DNA of 64,000 bases from Eledone cirrhosa. Taxonomy: Eukaryota. The notes beneath the pieces are model-generated. The model was not told the DNA's origin. It saw only the letters and a program-made list of their open reading frames with translations, and did no database searches. The position numbers and the translations under genes were made by a program. Positions 1 to 15,197 of this stretch are shown piece after piece (position 1 is the first letter of the stretch; the number at the start of each line of letters is the position of its first letter). The stretch is taken from positions 37,944,001 to 38,008,000 of the forward strand of contig OZ024745.1 of NCBI GenBank assembly GCA_964016885.1, read 5' to 3'.

Positions 1-1108
1 CCAGGTGGAAACGGAGAGAAAAAAAGGGGAGAAAAAATGAGAGAGAAAAGGAAAGAGAGGGAAAGGAGGAAGAAGAGGGAGGAAAAGGATGAAGAGAAAA
101 GAAGAAAGGGGGAAGGGAAAAGGAATAGGAGAAAAAAAAAGTGTACGTGGGAAGACACAGGTGAAAGAAACATGCAAAAAAGTAACCGTGGAAAAATAGG
201 GAAAGTAAGTAAGTTGTGGCCAACCTGGGAGACTTTAGCCTGGTGGTCAGCTACGACTCAGAGCTGGTATAATCGTGCTGCCTCTCACATAGACAGGAGA
301 AAGTGATTCAGAGACACGGGAAACCAAAAGTGAGGAGAAGGCAAAGGGAGATAATCCAGAAGGGTTTTTTACGATGGTGGTAAACACGTGCCGCAAAGAT
401 TGCGGACAGAGAAGCCACCACGGCACGTGTAAACATGTCAACACTCAAAACCGAACGGATGGATATAGAGAGAGAAAATACGAGAGTGAGGAGGAGAAGG
501 GAATGCGAAGGTGTGGAGGGAACACAGATCGACCAAAGCAGGTAGGGTCACAGCGGTAAATACAAAAAGTTATGAAACGAAAGGAGCTGTGTGGTTACAA
601 AAACAAGGTTTAGGACGAAACAGGAGGAGAAAGGACGAAAGGAGTTTCCATCGTCAGCTGTAAATGTTTCCCAAACCGATGTTTCGGCGCTGAATTACAA
701 TAAATCGGTGTATTTCGGATGCGCCCGAGGCCTTTTATTAATCAAAAGGCCAGGTGGAAAAGGAGAGAGAAAGAGAGAAAAAAGGGGAGAAAAAGGAGAG
801 AGAAACGATCGCGCGCTCAATCAGACTTCAACACTTGCATGGCAGCCAACTCCATTATGGTATAACGGCCATCCTTCACATCTATGCACAGACAAACGAA
901 CAAACCTACACTCGCACACACACACACGTCTATACTCTTAAAAAGTACAATGATTATCCTGCTATTTAGGCTTCTCAAATATCTAAGATACCTATTAACC
1001 AGCATTTCTCTAAAAGGCCTGAATGTATACGCGCAGGCGTTTTCCAGCAAAGTTTCTACCCGTTTCTAACAATCTAACTTTCTATTCCCTCTCTTATTTC
1101 TCATTCTT

Positions 1109-1143
1109 TCTTCTGATGAAGTATGGTGACTGAAATGTTAAGA
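1109..1143 (+). ncRNA. Minimal type I hammerhead ribozyme motif in a PLE-like 3' remnant
   Basis: tctt-CTGATGA-agt(atggtg)act-GAAA-tg-TT-aaga: stem I tctt/aaga, stem II agt/act, GUU triplet. Related degenerate copies at ~4655-4770, ~10918-10945 and ~21440-21475 (-). Confidence 0.55.
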
Positions 1144-1402
1144 TTTTTTCCTACTACATTGAGCGTTAAGCTAGTATACATATTCATTGTATTTTGATGT
1201 GATAATTTGGCAGAGATATTGATTCTATTTTAGCGTGCCAGATCATTGCATATTGGCACAGATCAGCATTCAGATAAATGACACTTTAGTACTTGACTAG
1301 TATATAATATTATCGATCCCGGAAAGATGAAAAGTAAAATTGACCTCGGCGAGATGTGAACATTTAAAGACCCTTCGTATACGTCATTATTCTCTTTCTA
1401 CG

Positions 1403-1584
1403 TTGGCAATATCGGTAGAGGGTCGGACGCCATGCTTTGACGCATAGAGTTACGGCCCTTGCCATTCTGAGTTCAAATCCCGCCGAGGTTAACTTTGCTT
1501 TCATCCTTACGGGGTCGATAAAATAAAGTACCAGTAATGCACTGGGGTAATTACTGGCCTTGTGCCAAAAGCAGAAACAATTAT
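1403..1584 (+). mobile_element. tRNA-derived SINE (octopod OK-like family)
   Basis: A-box-like tggcaatatcggtag, B-box gagttcaaatccc, conserved body ...ggggtcgataaaataaagtaccagt...gaaacaattat; about 9 further near-identical copies in the window. Confidence 0.85.
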
Positions 1585-3685
1585 TTTATTATACATTTGT
1601 TGAAAGATGCACCAAAAGGAATTGTGATATTGCACGAAAATAAGAAGACGAGCTGCTGAATATTTAAAATAACGTCGAAAGAAAAATAATATTATGAGAA
1701 ACAAGTGAATATCGCTTATATACAGTTTTGTAGGATTAAAACAATATTTCTACGTCTTGAAAATTATATCTGATTCTTCAGTCCAGGCACGATCAACGAT
1801 CAACTCAGTCGAAAAGGATAAAGACACACTAATCCTGTGTGGAATTACTTTCACCGAAAGTGAAAAAATCTTTTACAGAATAATAATAACATATACACAC
1901 GCACACAAACGTAAGTGCACCCACCTACACGCACACACATAAATATTTAGGTAAAAGTATTTACTCTCCATTATCTTCAATGCTAATTGTAATAAAAACC
2001 TGTAGTCATATCTACAATACGATTCGAAACGTTCAAATATACTCTGTATTTTAGTATAAATATTTATTATTTTGTATAAATATTTATTATTTAGCATAAA
2101 TATTTATTATCTAATTAAATACATTCCTAACCGAATGCACGTTTAACTATATTTTTCCTCAGGTATCTCTGAACCTGTTTGACCATCGATCCTTTCATAG
2201 AATGCTTGAAATTTCATTGCCCCAAGGCATGCACAAAAATAAATGAATGGGTAAATAGAATATGAAATATAGAAAGAGTAACACTTGATTGCATATGGAT
2301 CAGAAAACTAAACCAGTTTAAATTATCACCTTGGCTAGTCCCAGCATCGACTGGGAATCGATATCACCCCGCTGGGAAACCCTCTTCTATATTCTGCTTG
2401 GAATATACAATGATGATATGGAAATATTTATTCGTAGAGAAAATCAGAAGAGGATATATCTTCTTTTGAGAAAATAATTATCCCCGAAATGCATGGACGT
2501 AATATCTTGTATGTTTCACTGTAATCTAAAGAATAACTGAATGTATTTACACTTCAGTTTTTTTCACAGGGATGGTTTCTGATCAAAAATTGTAGTTATA
2601 TCTATATTACACTCACATTCAATCATTTAATATACTCCGATGGGAATCATAAATATTTCTTATGTATTATGGTCTTATATTAATAGTTGATCTCCACTTT
2701 CATAATTGTTATTCCGTATGTTTCGTTATTCTTTACTGGTTCTTTACGCTTATTTCGGAGACAATAACCTTCCTAAGGTTTTGTGGCTTTCACAGATCCG
2801 TCTTCAGAAACAGCATAATCTTATTAATGGCATGTTTATGTTCTTAGTAGTCCCCATGAATATCATAGGAGTAGGAAATAATGGATGTCTTATTTAACAT
2901 TTCACAGTAAAAGCATTACAATTATAATTGGCTTCACATGCCCTGTATCGCTGAGCTAATTTCATATAGAGGCCTGAATAAACCATATACAATACGCTTA
3001 TGTATATTAAACATACATGTCTTGCTGTATCTATATTTTAAGTTGTGTATATTCCACAACTACTTCAATAATCGTATGAGAATGCGAATAACTTGTATTC
3101 TAAAATATTTTTCACCTTAAGTGAGGTGAACTCATGTTGAACCGGGGAAAATAAGCTTATATGTACATGACAACGCAATTACACGAACACGCACAAACAA
3201 CAAAATGTACATGCATACAAGTACTTATCATCTGCTTAGTGCTTTTGGAGGAATCTATTTTTTTTCACCTTTCTCTCAATGAAATGAATATTTATGAAAA
3301 TATATTTTCCGTTTCTTGTTTTTCATTTTCCTTGCTTTTTCTCAAATCACTGCTTTCTTTTAATACTATGTTTGTTGTATACATTAAATACATCATTTTC
3401 TACAGGGAAATACATAAAATTACATGCATCTTTGCACAATGTGTATATATATAGACATTCACTCATTATCGTATAATTCTGTACTTTACATGTGAAGAGA
3501 TTTATTTATCGTATAAGTATAATGTTGCAGACGTAGTGGACTCGCATATTTATATCTATTAACATTACATTGTGTTGTTTTTTGTTTTCAAAATCTTACT
3601 CCCCCACCATATATATTTATATATACACCCCCTCCCCCATATATATATATATAGAAGTGGTTACACAACAGTTAGTTCACCATAC

Positions 3686-3723
3686 CGAGAACAATTGTTT
3701 CACCTTAGCGGATCCTCAGCTCG
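3686..3723 (-). ncRNA. Minimal type I hammerhead ribozyme in a (TA)n-flanked non-coding insert (~3651-4270)
   Basis: Minus strand cgag-CTGAGGA-tccgctaaggt-GAAA-caattg-TT-ctcg: 4-bp stem I, palindromic stem III (aacaattgtt). Confidence 0.65.
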
Positions 3724-4817
3724 CAATGGACATGGTTATACGGAACAGGAAGGACAACCGTATGAACGCGCATGCGAGGAAACGGTCATCCCACCCAGGC
3801 AATACTAAAATGCGTGCGAGAGGTGTAAGGAAGATAACTGCGAAAGTCCGAAAGTTTCTAGTTGATGAGAAAATTAGGATGTTGTTGTAATTCAATCCGG
3901 AGCTTTGTAGTTATGTAAGAGGTGTTTCAAGACGTGTGGACAACGTGTGAATAATTAATTTCTTGAGTTTAGGCAATCGCTATTGCGCAATCTCTTTAGA
4001 ATATTTATTCGTTCATCAATACATAGTCCGCACGACTGATTGCCCCTGTCAGAGCTACTGTAAATATATGCTATTTTCAAAAATACAGAGTGACTGATTG
4101 GCCTGATTTGCATATTAGCAGAATGAAGGGTTCATTCTACTGACACGGCTATAAAATTAAGGCTTGTTTGCATAATTGCAAACGAGTCGAATATTATTAT
4201 TAATATTCGAAAAACTCAGATTACATTTATTGTATTCAGCCATGTAGAGCGAACATTTTCTTTTTTATTATATATATATATATGATTCTACGTAGAATCA
4301 AGACGTATCTGAGGACCTTGCGATTTTCAGGTTCGATCATCATATAGATCGTGCCTCGAGCTGGTCGCCAGAGAAACGATTGTAATATGTCCAATAAATT
4401 CCATTCGACGCAACACTGATTCTTTTTTTTCTGTGATATCATACTCTGCTCGATGAGAGCATCGAGTGCTCAAACGGCCTACCGCTTACGGACGCTTTAA
4501 GCATCCAACACCAATTATATAAAAAATATATGTGTGTGTGTATGTAAATATCTCCAAAATGGCAGATTGAATGGGCACGTGATTTTTGTTCTCATGCTTT
4601 CCCGTTCCTTCTTCTCTTTCTTTTTCTTTCTATTTTAATTTTTATTTCTAATTCTATCTTATGATGTAGGGCTAGAGTTAGAAACGTTAAGCTTCTTTCC
4701 CCTTTATTTCAAGCGTTAAACTAATATTTCTTCAATGTACTGCGTCGTTTATTTTATTCCTCTTTACTTGTATATACACACGCACACACACAAACACACA
4801 CAAACACACACACACAC

Positions 4818-4870
<53 letters not shown>

Positions 4871-5789
4871 AATGAAAGATTAGTAAAATCGAAGTTTTGG
4901 AGGTGGCCAAGCTAACGAGATACAATTAGGTTTGTGCAAAACACTCGATAAGGCTGTATCGCCTTAGAGTAATTAACATACGTTAGATAGCGTGACAAAT
5001 TGAAAACTGTGGCAGGCAAGCCCAGCCACATAATACACCAAACCAACGAAAATACATTCAGGTTAGATAAGAAATCTGTTACATATATACATATATATAT
5101 ATATTTGGTCAGGATTGTTGAACGCAAGATTCAATAACCAAAACCATAGTGGAGATTACTGGTTTACTAAGGCGGATCCATTAACCTGTTAATAGGATGT
5201 TTCTCTGCTGTTCGTCGAGCAGTCAAATCCTGAATTAACAGAAAGGCTGCAATCCTCTGAAACGAGATACAGGTGAAATAGGGGCAGGACAAACGAAGGA
5301 TGTAGAAACACATTAGAAATACCATTCTGAGACTCGAACATAAACACACTATCACATCAACCTTCAGGCGTATTTAGGTGGCGTGGAAACTCAGAAGAAT
5401 GAAGAATAAGAGGGAAAAATAGGTGAGGAAAACTGAAGAAGGAAGAGGAAAGAATAGAAACAGATAGGAAGAGTAAGATCGAAATGTTTGAGAAATTTGT
5501 GGGGAAATAGGAGTTGAATACCTGTCGATTGTTTGGGACGAGTGCAATATATGTAGTATTAGGAATACTCGGATTGTCAGACAAGTGAGATATGCACGGA
5601 ATTTGTCTTGGAATTTATTAGAATATTTGGAACCTCGGAAATACCTGATATGTTAGAAATTAGTGTCAATTGCACTTGAATGTCCCTTGGATGTGTGGAC
5701 AGTCTGTGGAAAAAATGCCTAAGTGCAAGGGCAGGGCTAAAAGAAATTAATGACGATGGACCCCCGGGACTGTCAACAAACATGTGGAC

Positions 5790-6030
5790 CAAAACTGGTT
5801 CTGACGTTTAAAGGAAGGTGACGCCAGCCTCAAAGATAAACCGAGATCATGGAGAACTGTTGCGGAATGAGACCTTGCTTAAAATGGTTAAACAACAGGA
5901 CAAATACTCGCACATTGTTGGCAGAACATAGTCCTTTACAAAGTACCTCACATCGACACCTCCATAAAATCGGCTTTCGGAACAGACACTGTCAAAAGGT
6001 TCCTCATGAACTGACCAAACTTGAAATAAG
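5790..6030 (+). pseudogene. Mariner-type transposase fragment
   Basis: Frameshifted reading GDASLKDKPRS...TNTRTL...STSHRHLHKIG...VPHELT matches the mariner HTH/linker (W)VPHEL region. Confidence 0.7.
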
Positions 6031-7016
6031 AAAAAAAATTTGATTCAAAATCATAAATGATGAGTAAAGAATGAGAATATGTTGGGAAAGGAAGAGCAAG
6101 AAATTAGAGTCGTCTTTTTAAATGAGACGCATTGTTTGTGTGGAATACCCATGGACTGTTTGGAATGTCTGTGGAATATGTTGTCTATCTGGTATCGGTG
6201 AAATATCTGGAATATATGTGTAATATATTTTTATGTGTAGAACGTCTGTGAACATTTTGAATTATTTCTTCTGGTACTTTTCAATCTTCTTTATGAAATA
6301 TGTTTTATGCAAACTTTCTTTACTACATAGTTTATAGAATTTATACTTTAGATACTTCCTTTTCACATAATGTGTACTGATAGTGGTTTTATATTCCCAT
6401 TGTATTTTTGGAATAGACTTCAATACAATCGTCAATATAATTTCCCTTTTTACGGTTTAAATCTACAATTTACTCCGGTTATCCTTATGTGTAGGTTTGG
6501 GTACTCGTGTATTTATGTGTTGATACCATGCGTGTATGTGGGGGTGAGTGCGGGTTTATATGAACGAGTGCACTGCAGAATGTTTGGATAAAAGTGGATT
6601 AGTGCGCATGTCTATGAGAATTCGACCGTGTGAATGTGCCTTTTTTGTGTATGCAGTTTTTTGTAAAAATAGACACAGATGTTTGCTCGTCTTGTTTTCG
6701 TTTCCCGCATTTCACACAGTTTACTATCCCTTTGTCACTTCCTCTTGTTACTCATTTAACATTCACTTCTTTATCTGACTAATTCACCTGACTAATTACA
6801 GAATGTTTTTTGCTAGACCACCGGGTACATTAAAACAATTAACGTAAATATAATATGAATTTACCTGAAAAAAATAAAATGCATTATTTAATTATTTGCA
6901 ACGCGAAACGTGCGAGCATAATGTAAATCAGTAATTCCAGTTATCTTCTACCCTGCTTAACAAACATAGCATTGCAGTTGTAATTTTCCTCTGTAGACAT
7001 AATTATAATGGCAGTT

Positions 7017-7060
7017 ATCTTCTGATGAGGAGACGAAAATATCCGAAAAGCATAAAATTA
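7017..7060 (+). ncRNA. Degenerate hammerhead-like motif
   Basis: CTGATGA-gga...tcc-GAAA-agca-TA; stem I poorly paired. Confidence 0.35.
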
Positions 7061-10000
7061 CTCTTTTATCTTGTTTTATATGTGCTCAGAGAAATAGTGG
7101 AAAGTATTTGCACTTCATTCTCCTTAAAGTAAAACTTCTAATTAAAAAATTCTTGTAATCTCTACTGTAGAGTTACTTTCATGCACACACGCAAACACGC
7201 GCGCGCTTGAAATGGTGAAGTCGTATGATGTAGAAATTAACTGGAATCTATCCTAGCGAAAACCTTTGATGTAATTGCATTAAATATTTATCTAAGACCA
7301 GTGTCAACTTAATTTTACATTGACAGACTACAATGTAATTTATTTAAAACATCCGAAGTGCACCATCATTGGAAACAGATAGTAGGAGGCGTTCTTAATT
7401 GACTAGTGAACTTGCTATATACTGTAAGTGTTAGCCTTACTTAATCATTACGTGGAACTATTTATTATTGAATGTCCATGAATAAGAATAAGATTAGGAA
7501 ACCTATAAAGACGTTTTCCAAACTTTTTTTGGACAACCGCCTATTTCTAGAGAGGATATTTTCTCAGCACTCCACTCCATTTGAAAGTTGATCTGTATAC
7601 ATTGAAAATTAAAGTGTAAGGTTTTCATTTTATTTAACTATTTATTGAATAACTACACGTGACAGTTTTACGGGTTACTGGAAATTTGCAATTGTTACCC
7701 CTTCACTCAATCATCATTCTTTACCTACCAACGAATCCTATCTCTCTCTTGCTTTCTAGTACTGCTTTTGAGTTTACTGGTGCACTAAGATTTGCTAAAA
7801 CCCACTTTAGGAATCATTGTTATATGGCATCGATATACCTATCAAATACATAATCGTCTAGTGAATCATTAGCAGACCCCAGTCGTAATACTTATCAAAA
7901 TAGCTGAATTACAACGAGTCAAAGTAGGTACAAAGAAAGCTGGAAAAGATTAACGTATATGCCGTTTGCTTAGTTGCTCTATATAACTGACACTTTTAGT
8001 TTTATAATAAAGGATTTAAAAATACTAAAGTTTTATTTTTAATATATGATTTTTTTTTACTTCAAATATATTACCGGTGGTTGGGAGAGAGATTCTAAAG
8101 AAATATATTCCCTGAAAAGAGCTGCAGACCAAATATGTAAAAAAAACTCTACACAAGTAAATATGGTCTGAAAATATTTAGAGCACAAGGTTTGGCAAAT
8201 CAGTACAACGTTGAACAATATATCTTGCTGAATTTATTTTCACCTCTTCAAAATGTGAGTTCAAATACCATTGAATCCAATTTTGCTTTTCATCTTTGTA
8301 CGATCGATGCTATAACGCACTATTGAAATATGAAGGTGAATTAGATTATATATGTTCCCCAAATATGAGAAATTGTACATGAGAATTCATAGAAGTGCAT
8401 AATATCAGATGTATGAGTACAACTAGGTTTGCATGTATTCCCAATAGATTCGGAGTATTCCCTGTTGTACTGTCATGCTGTTGATGAAAGTTTGGTGTGG
8501 AGTCAAAAGGACCATAGTGGATAGGGCTTTGACTCAATAAATCTGTTGATTGCAAGGCTAAAGATTTTGGGCAAAGTGATATTGCAAATGTCATTTGTAT
8601 TGAGTAATGTCGCCCCGCTCTCACAAACATGGGTTATACCAGGTAGATTCATCACCAACAATCACCGCATCATGCGATTCATATTAGGGTGTTGTTATGA
8701 AGTGTTTTAAAGAAAATGGCTATACTTCCACGAGATGTATATGCTGGATCGCAATGTTATACGAAGGGATACGGTTCAGTGGATACATATCAGATCTCTT
8801 TGACAGCACCTGCGCAGTTTTTCAAACCTGAGTCGTCTTTTAAGTTCTGTAGGTTTTGCATCATGAGCTTTTGCAGTAGTATTTCCATAAAACGGCGGAA
8901 TCCGAAATGTGATGATGTTTATATACGTGAACGACATTATATCATACATTTTCGAAATCGAGGTTCATCAACACAATTATATAATACGCGTGGGTGCTAC
9001 GAGGATTGAGAAACGAGAGATAAGACCATGCTGTCAAATATTCGACATTGGACCAAAGGTTCTGTTAATGAATTCGGCGTCTTGTTCAGTCCAAATCTCC
9101 ATGTCAATAGAAATCGGACAGAGTCGGAAAGGTCTTACCCCGCCTCGGCGTGACGGCCTTGCTTTGATCCAGAAAATACCTGAATAGATTGGAAATCTGT
9201 TCTTAGGCCATTCTTAGGATAGTCAAATATATGTTTTGGTCAGAGGTTATAGCATCTGCTAACATCCAAACAAGGGAGTTTCGAGAAACCATGGCTGATG
9301 CTGTCTCTCATGTGATGAGGTAACAAAGTAGCCAAGAGTGATATGAAAGAGTCCCTCACAATCCCACCTCCACTAAATATCAGTTAAAGATACCAAATCT
9401 AAACTTTGATACCTCGTACTCGTTGTTGGTTAGCCTCAGGTCATCTGTAATTTAGTACAAGCATTCTTGCTGGAAACACCAAAATATATTGTATCCAATA
9501 ATTTTTTTTAATGGGGATTCTAATGTTATTTCTAACAGGTGGAGTTTCCACGTAAGGGCTCCTTGCTTGACTGGGCATTGGAAATAATCGGTTAAACTGA
9601 TCCCAAAATTAGAAAACCTGGACACGTGCGTGATACATCTACCACTACATATTTGAAAGAGTAACGTTAAACTAGCTGAGAGGGTGACATTATCAGGAAA
9701 AATACCCAATCGAATCAGTGTGAGAAGAAGGCATGGAATTTGAATACAAATAGATTTATCCAATCCCTTAAGATCATGACTCGTCACCTCAACAACCATT
9801 CGAAGCAACTTTAAAGTAATATGATGTTTGATCTACAATTGTAATAGCCGATGAATATTTTCATTTTTGGTGATCATAATACGTATGGTCAAATATGACA
9901 CACGTATTTTATTATAAGTATATTTTACCTTCTCCATTGCTGAGGTATTAATAATCCGCATAATTATCAACATAAATGTTGAAGAATTATGGCAAATTTT

Positions 10001-10598
10001 GAAAATCCTCAGCAAGGTTAAAATGTCATCTTAATTAATTGGATGACTTCCATCAGAAACACATACACATGCATACACATACACATACACACATACCGAG
10101 ACACAGACACGCACAAATTCCATATGAAGGTTAAGCGTAAGATCGATTCTGACAAGTTCCCTAAACTAGGCAGAGTCAGTTGAACCCATAGTTATGTCGA
10201 AGTCGTTATTTATATCCCTATTTGTCATATATACGTTATTAAACAATTACTGAACGTCAGCATTATATATATTTCGTTCCTACTTAAGTTAGAGTTGCGC
10301 ATAGCGGACATAATGGCCTTATTGCCGAAGAACCTGTGAGATTCAGGAATAATCATCAATATCAAATTCGATAAACTTAGATGAATTACTGTTCTTCATT
10401 CCGGTAAATCATTCAATTACTTCTTTCTTTAGTATTGCAGCAAAGTTTAATCGACAAATATATATATGTCTAGACAAAGGTATTCACATAATATGCGTGT
10501 TTGTACAATTATATAGACGCAATAATATCAGAAGATCTGAGAGCAAATGTGCTAGAAGATCGATTCTTAAAAATCCATATATATATATATATATATAT

Positions 10599-10690
10599 AG
10601 TAATAATAATAAATTTGAAGACTAAAATCCAAAGAGGGCTGGATAAGGATAAATATATATCAAATATATAAGAACCGTAGAGCAAAATCT
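10599..10690 (-). repeat. Short (TA)n-embedded repeat (PLE tail-like); other copies 11731-11821 (+) and 49676-49709 (+)
   Basis: ggattttagtcttcaattttattattattactata shared by three loci, each abutting (TA)n. Confidence 0.7.
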
Positions 10691-10694
10691 GTTA

Positions 10695-10755
<61 letters not shown>

Positions 10756-10785
10756 GTATATATATATATGTATATATATATATAC

Positions 10786-10852
<67 letters not shown>

Positions 10853-10981
10853 GTATATATAGATAGATATAGATGCAAGGGAAAGAATATATTTATAATT
10901 CTTTCAATTTTGCTCTTTCCTGATGAAAGTCCGATACGTTGACACATTTAGTTTGTGTCTTCATTCCCAAGCGTGAAACTA

Positions 10982-11171
10982 ATAATTGTTTCTATTTTTG
11001 GCACAATGCCAGCAATTAACCCTGTGCATTACTGGTACTTTATTTTGTCGACCCTGTAAGGATGAAAGGCAAAGTTCACCTCAGCGGGATTTGAATTCAA
11101 ATCATAAAGCACCGTAACTCTATGCTGCAAAGCATGGCGTCCAAGCCTCTATCGATACTACTAATCCACCG
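10982..11171 (-). mobile_element. tRNA-derived SINE with 14-bp TSD
   Basis: Reverse complement of the 1403 SINE; gtgaaactaataat at 10973-10986 and 11173-11186. Confidence 0.85.
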
Positions 11172-11213
11172 TGTGAAACTAATAATGTTTTGTATTTCTC
11201 TTGTTTATTCCTG

Positions 11214-11244
<31 letters not shown>

Positions 11245-11249
<5 letters not shown>

Positions 11250-11457
11250 AAGTAAGACAGGAGAAAGTAAGACTCCCGACGGCAGAGCTCAAGCCATTTC
11301 GATGGCTATTTCTGTTTTAGTCCAGAAATAGCTGTCGAAACGGCTTGAGCTCTGCCGTCGGGGTCTTACTTTCTCCTATTACCCACTCTACTACCCTAAG
11401 TATTGAGTACTCTGGTGCGTTATGGTCCATCTGGTTCCTTACCACAACTCCCTCGTT
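11245..11457 (+). mobile_element. Fold-back 3' remnant of the PLE family at 47808-49625, inserted in (TA)n
   Basis: ~55-bp inverted arms (11259-11314 / 11323-11378) plus tail; 11318-11457 is the reverse complement of 47808-47950. Confidence 0.8.
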
Positions 11458-11469
11458 ATATATATATAT

Positions 11470-11676
11470 AAATGTGAGAAAAACCACAGACCCTCCATCT
11501 CAACTCTACTTTTGAAAAGCAGAAGAACTGCGAAACCCGTAAAGGAACCACATAAATATATATATTTTTTAAAAAATAAGACTCCAGTTGCATTTTCGAT
11601 TTCATCTTTTTTTTCTTTATACTTTCATTCGTGTAGGACACCTCGGTTATTTTTCATTTTGTAAAAAAAACCTCAC

Positions 11677-11683
<7 letters not shown>
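11470..11683. repeat. (TA)n-embedded dispersed repeat; second copy inverted at 55146-55360
   Basis: ~210 bp alignable by eye (gtgagaaaaaccacagaccctccatctcaact...cctcactttctaat). Confidence 0.8.
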
Positions 11684-11737
<54 letters not shown>

Positions 11738-11817
11738 TCTACGGTTCTTATATATATTTGATATATATTTTCCTTATCGAGCTCTCTTTGGATTTTAGTC
11801 TTCAATTTTATTATTAT

Positions 11818-11860
<43 letters not shown>

Positions 11861-11892
11861 TATATACACACACACATATTTATTATTATTAC

Positions 11893-11923
<31 letters not shown>

Positions 11924-12495
11924 ATATATGGTGTGTATATATGTGTGTATTGAAAAATGTAAATAAAACAAAAGTCAAAGATAGGTTTTTAATTAGTTCA
12001 TTATTGTACAATCACTTCAGATGCTTGATTGATCACAGTTGATCGGTATATCGACAAGCTGGTGGTTATATCGCTACCAATTTCTAGTTCCGAAATTACT
12101 AATTTAGGACACCGTCTTCCTGAGAAACAATAAATGTATAACGATTTATCTCGTTCGCGGGCTTTCATGCTCAGTCTGTTAGATTCTATCCTTCATATCA
12201 AGAACTACTTTGTAGCTTTAATTTTCAATATAACCCCCCCCCCACAAAAAAAAACACACACACACACACGCCCCCCCCCCCCATATATATATATATACAA
12301 TATGTTGAAAAGGTAACACACCAGAGAGAGATATACAGTGCGTTAACAATAAAACAGGGGAAAAAACCCACCAGTGTATGGAATCTATAACCTATGAAAG
12401 GCAGACTATAGACACGATAATTAAGAATATAAATTAAAGCGTAAATAAATACCTCGATAACTATATAACACACGTACACATCCAAAGACACTAAT

Positions 12496-12559
12496 CCAAA
12501 GATATGTTTCACCAAAAATCTGTTGAAAGAAATGGGTTAGCCTCGGTTCATCAGCGTGT
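12496..12559 (-). ncRNA. Degenerate hammerhead motif in a non-coding insert (~12300-12750)
   Basis: Minus strand CTGATGA-acc...ggt-GAAA-cata-TC; stem I degraded. Confidence 0.4.
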
Positions 12560-14169
12560 GTAAGGCTATACATTTCAGACAACACTAAGAGAATTTCAAA
12601 ATTGACTGTCCAGCTACACGTGGGAAAGAGAAGTCACAGCGTGTTAAGGGCAATGGACATATTGTATTTTAAAGAGCTCAGGATTTCTTCTCCTTTGAGC
12701 ACATTATTTACAGGGAATAGCGACGGCCTATGCCTCCGTTAATTTATCGTGATATATATATATATATATATATATACAGCCTCACCTCTTACAACTACTT
12801 AGTTGTCAACCGCCTCAGCCTTACGATTATCCTTGCCACTCCAAATCTTAAAATGCTGAAGGACATTTTTCTTACAATTATTTTTTTTACTCTTTTTTGA
12901 ATGTATTAACTCATTCTATCTAGAATATAGTAACTTATTAATTATTCAATACACTCAAATTCAACTCTTATTTACTTTCATCGTAAGCTTTTGGACTTTC
13001 CTTCTTCCTACATTTTTCTGCACTTATTTACTTCAATACAAAATTCTTTTTCTCTTTTTCGGCTTTGGTTAGATCTGGAGAGGAATGAGCTCTGTCAGGT
13101 TTAAATTGCCCTAGACATCGCGCCATCGAGTCTATCACTGGATTGAACTATATGAATCTATTCCTAAAGTAACTCAATATCTGCATACATTTTAACAACT
13201 GTGAATACAGCATAATCGAATGTTCCAGGTTCACTCCTACTGTGGGAGATCTTGGACAAGTGTCATTTACTTCCTCTCGGTCTAGTTTATGTAAGGCAAA
13301 TAGTGTTGTTTTGATAACATACATTCGTAAAATAGCATTTAAAAAAAACGGTGTGAAGCTCTTAATGTTCAGTTTCACATGAAACAAAATATAAGGGTTA
13401 ACCCTCTATTATCCCCCCCCCCCCCCCAAAAAAAAACCCCACTTGAATAAGGTTCTTGATTATACAAGATTTTTTAAAAATAATAAAATGAGATAAATAT
13501 GCACTAATTGACCTCGTCTTAATTCGGGCCCACACTATTCTAGTTTTATGATCTCAATCAAAATATTTACATATGTGATCCTAGCAGCCGCTTGAAACAA
13601 TAAAATCCCGAAATCTAACATGAATCTTTCTAGACATTTATGATCTCATTTTATGAAGATTTAGAAATGTTGATGATGGATTTGGGAATTTTACTCTTCC
13701 AAATAAATTGCAAGAGACTCATATGAGAATAGGAAGAAAAGAGAAGTCCTTAATAAAAAAGAACTATGATAGAACATAGTTATGTTTTCAAAACAACACA
13801 TCGGAAAGAAAAGCTGTACATCATATATAAAAATACAATTCATAACTAAAACAAAAGCTTTAGACATTAAAACATACAGAAACTGATGCATTTACTTTTG
13901 AGTTATTTATTATTATTATATAGTAATACAAAGGGCAGTGAACCTGTAAGTTTTTTCTGTGAGGGTCGATCGATAACCTCTATGTCCTATAGAACTTCTG
14001 ATGCAAAGCAACAACAACAGCACCAGCAGCAACAGCAGGAACTATAACAACCTAGGAATGTGAATTGTCATACGTTTCCGTTCTGGTTATTATTAATCAA
14101 CAGCACTTTATTTTAGCAAACACACACACACACACTCACTCTCTCTCTCTCTCACTCTCTCTCTCTCTC

Positions 14170-14205
<36 letters not shown>

Positions 14206-14316
14206 ACACACACATACAGAGAGAAGCTCGCACACAACGATCTACATATATATACATAATTGCGCTTGTGTGGCCTCATAGAAATTTGCTAGACGTATAC
14301 TATGCAGAAGCCTGTC

Positions 14317-14395
<79 letters not shown>

Positions 14396-15007
14396 GAGAG
14401 AAAGAGAGATATTCTTTCATGAATGTTCTCAGGGAAAAATCTTCGTATTCACTTTTTGCAAAAAATTTATTTCATCACAAATACCTTTGTCAAATACAAT
14501 TTGCAAAACCAATTCTCACCCCGAAACTATTCTGCAAAATATGAGACTTTGTCTGACAAAAGTAACATCATATCGCTTTTTTTGTATCTAAGTTTACTTA
14601 GGAAAAAAGCCATCACAATAAAATATTTTTGAACCCGGATCTCATATTCTGTCATAAAATTTCGGATAGAGGGCTACTCAATGCTTTTACTGAAATTAGT
14701 AAATGTAACTCCAGTCTGTATTAACACTGGAAGAACATTGTCAGCCATAAATGTCTAATGATTTATTATACTATGAGTGAATGTACTAAATAGTTTGCTG
14801 TAGATTTAACTTTAGCTTGAATCCCTACGTATATCAGCGATGCCTGCTGCTCAAACACTATGTACTTTGATTTAACTATTCCACTGTGGACCTACGTCTG
14901 AAAGAAAAAAAGCATTACACATGGTCCACTTTGGGGAAAACATTCTCTACGTGTTATAATGTTAGCCAGAACATTATTTCTCAGTCACACAAAAGAATAT
15001 CTCACAA

Positions 15008-15197
15008 ATAACTGTTTCTACTTTAGGCACAAGGCCAGCAATTACCCAGTGCATTACTGGTACTTTATTTTATCGACCTCGTAAGGATGAAAGGCAAAGT
15101 CAACATCGGCAGGATTTGAACTCAGATCGTAAAGGGACGTAACTATGCTGGAAAGCATGGCGTCCGACCCTCTACCGATACTGCCAATCCACCGCCC
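15008..15197 (-). mobile_element. tRNA-derived SINE with 18-bp TSD
   Basis: gaatatctcacaaataac at 14995-15012 and 15206-15223. Confidence 0.85.

Noticed and set aside
640-730. Hammerhead on the minus strand (CTGACGA-tg-GAAA)
   Set aside because: No stem II and no stem I pairing.
1403-1480. tRNA gene
   Set aside because: A/B boxes are the SINE head; no cloverleaf, and it continues into the SINE body in all copies.
8600-9210. Very old RT-like fragments (LDFEN; GRFITNN)
   Set aside because: Only isolated short motifs, too degraded to support a call.
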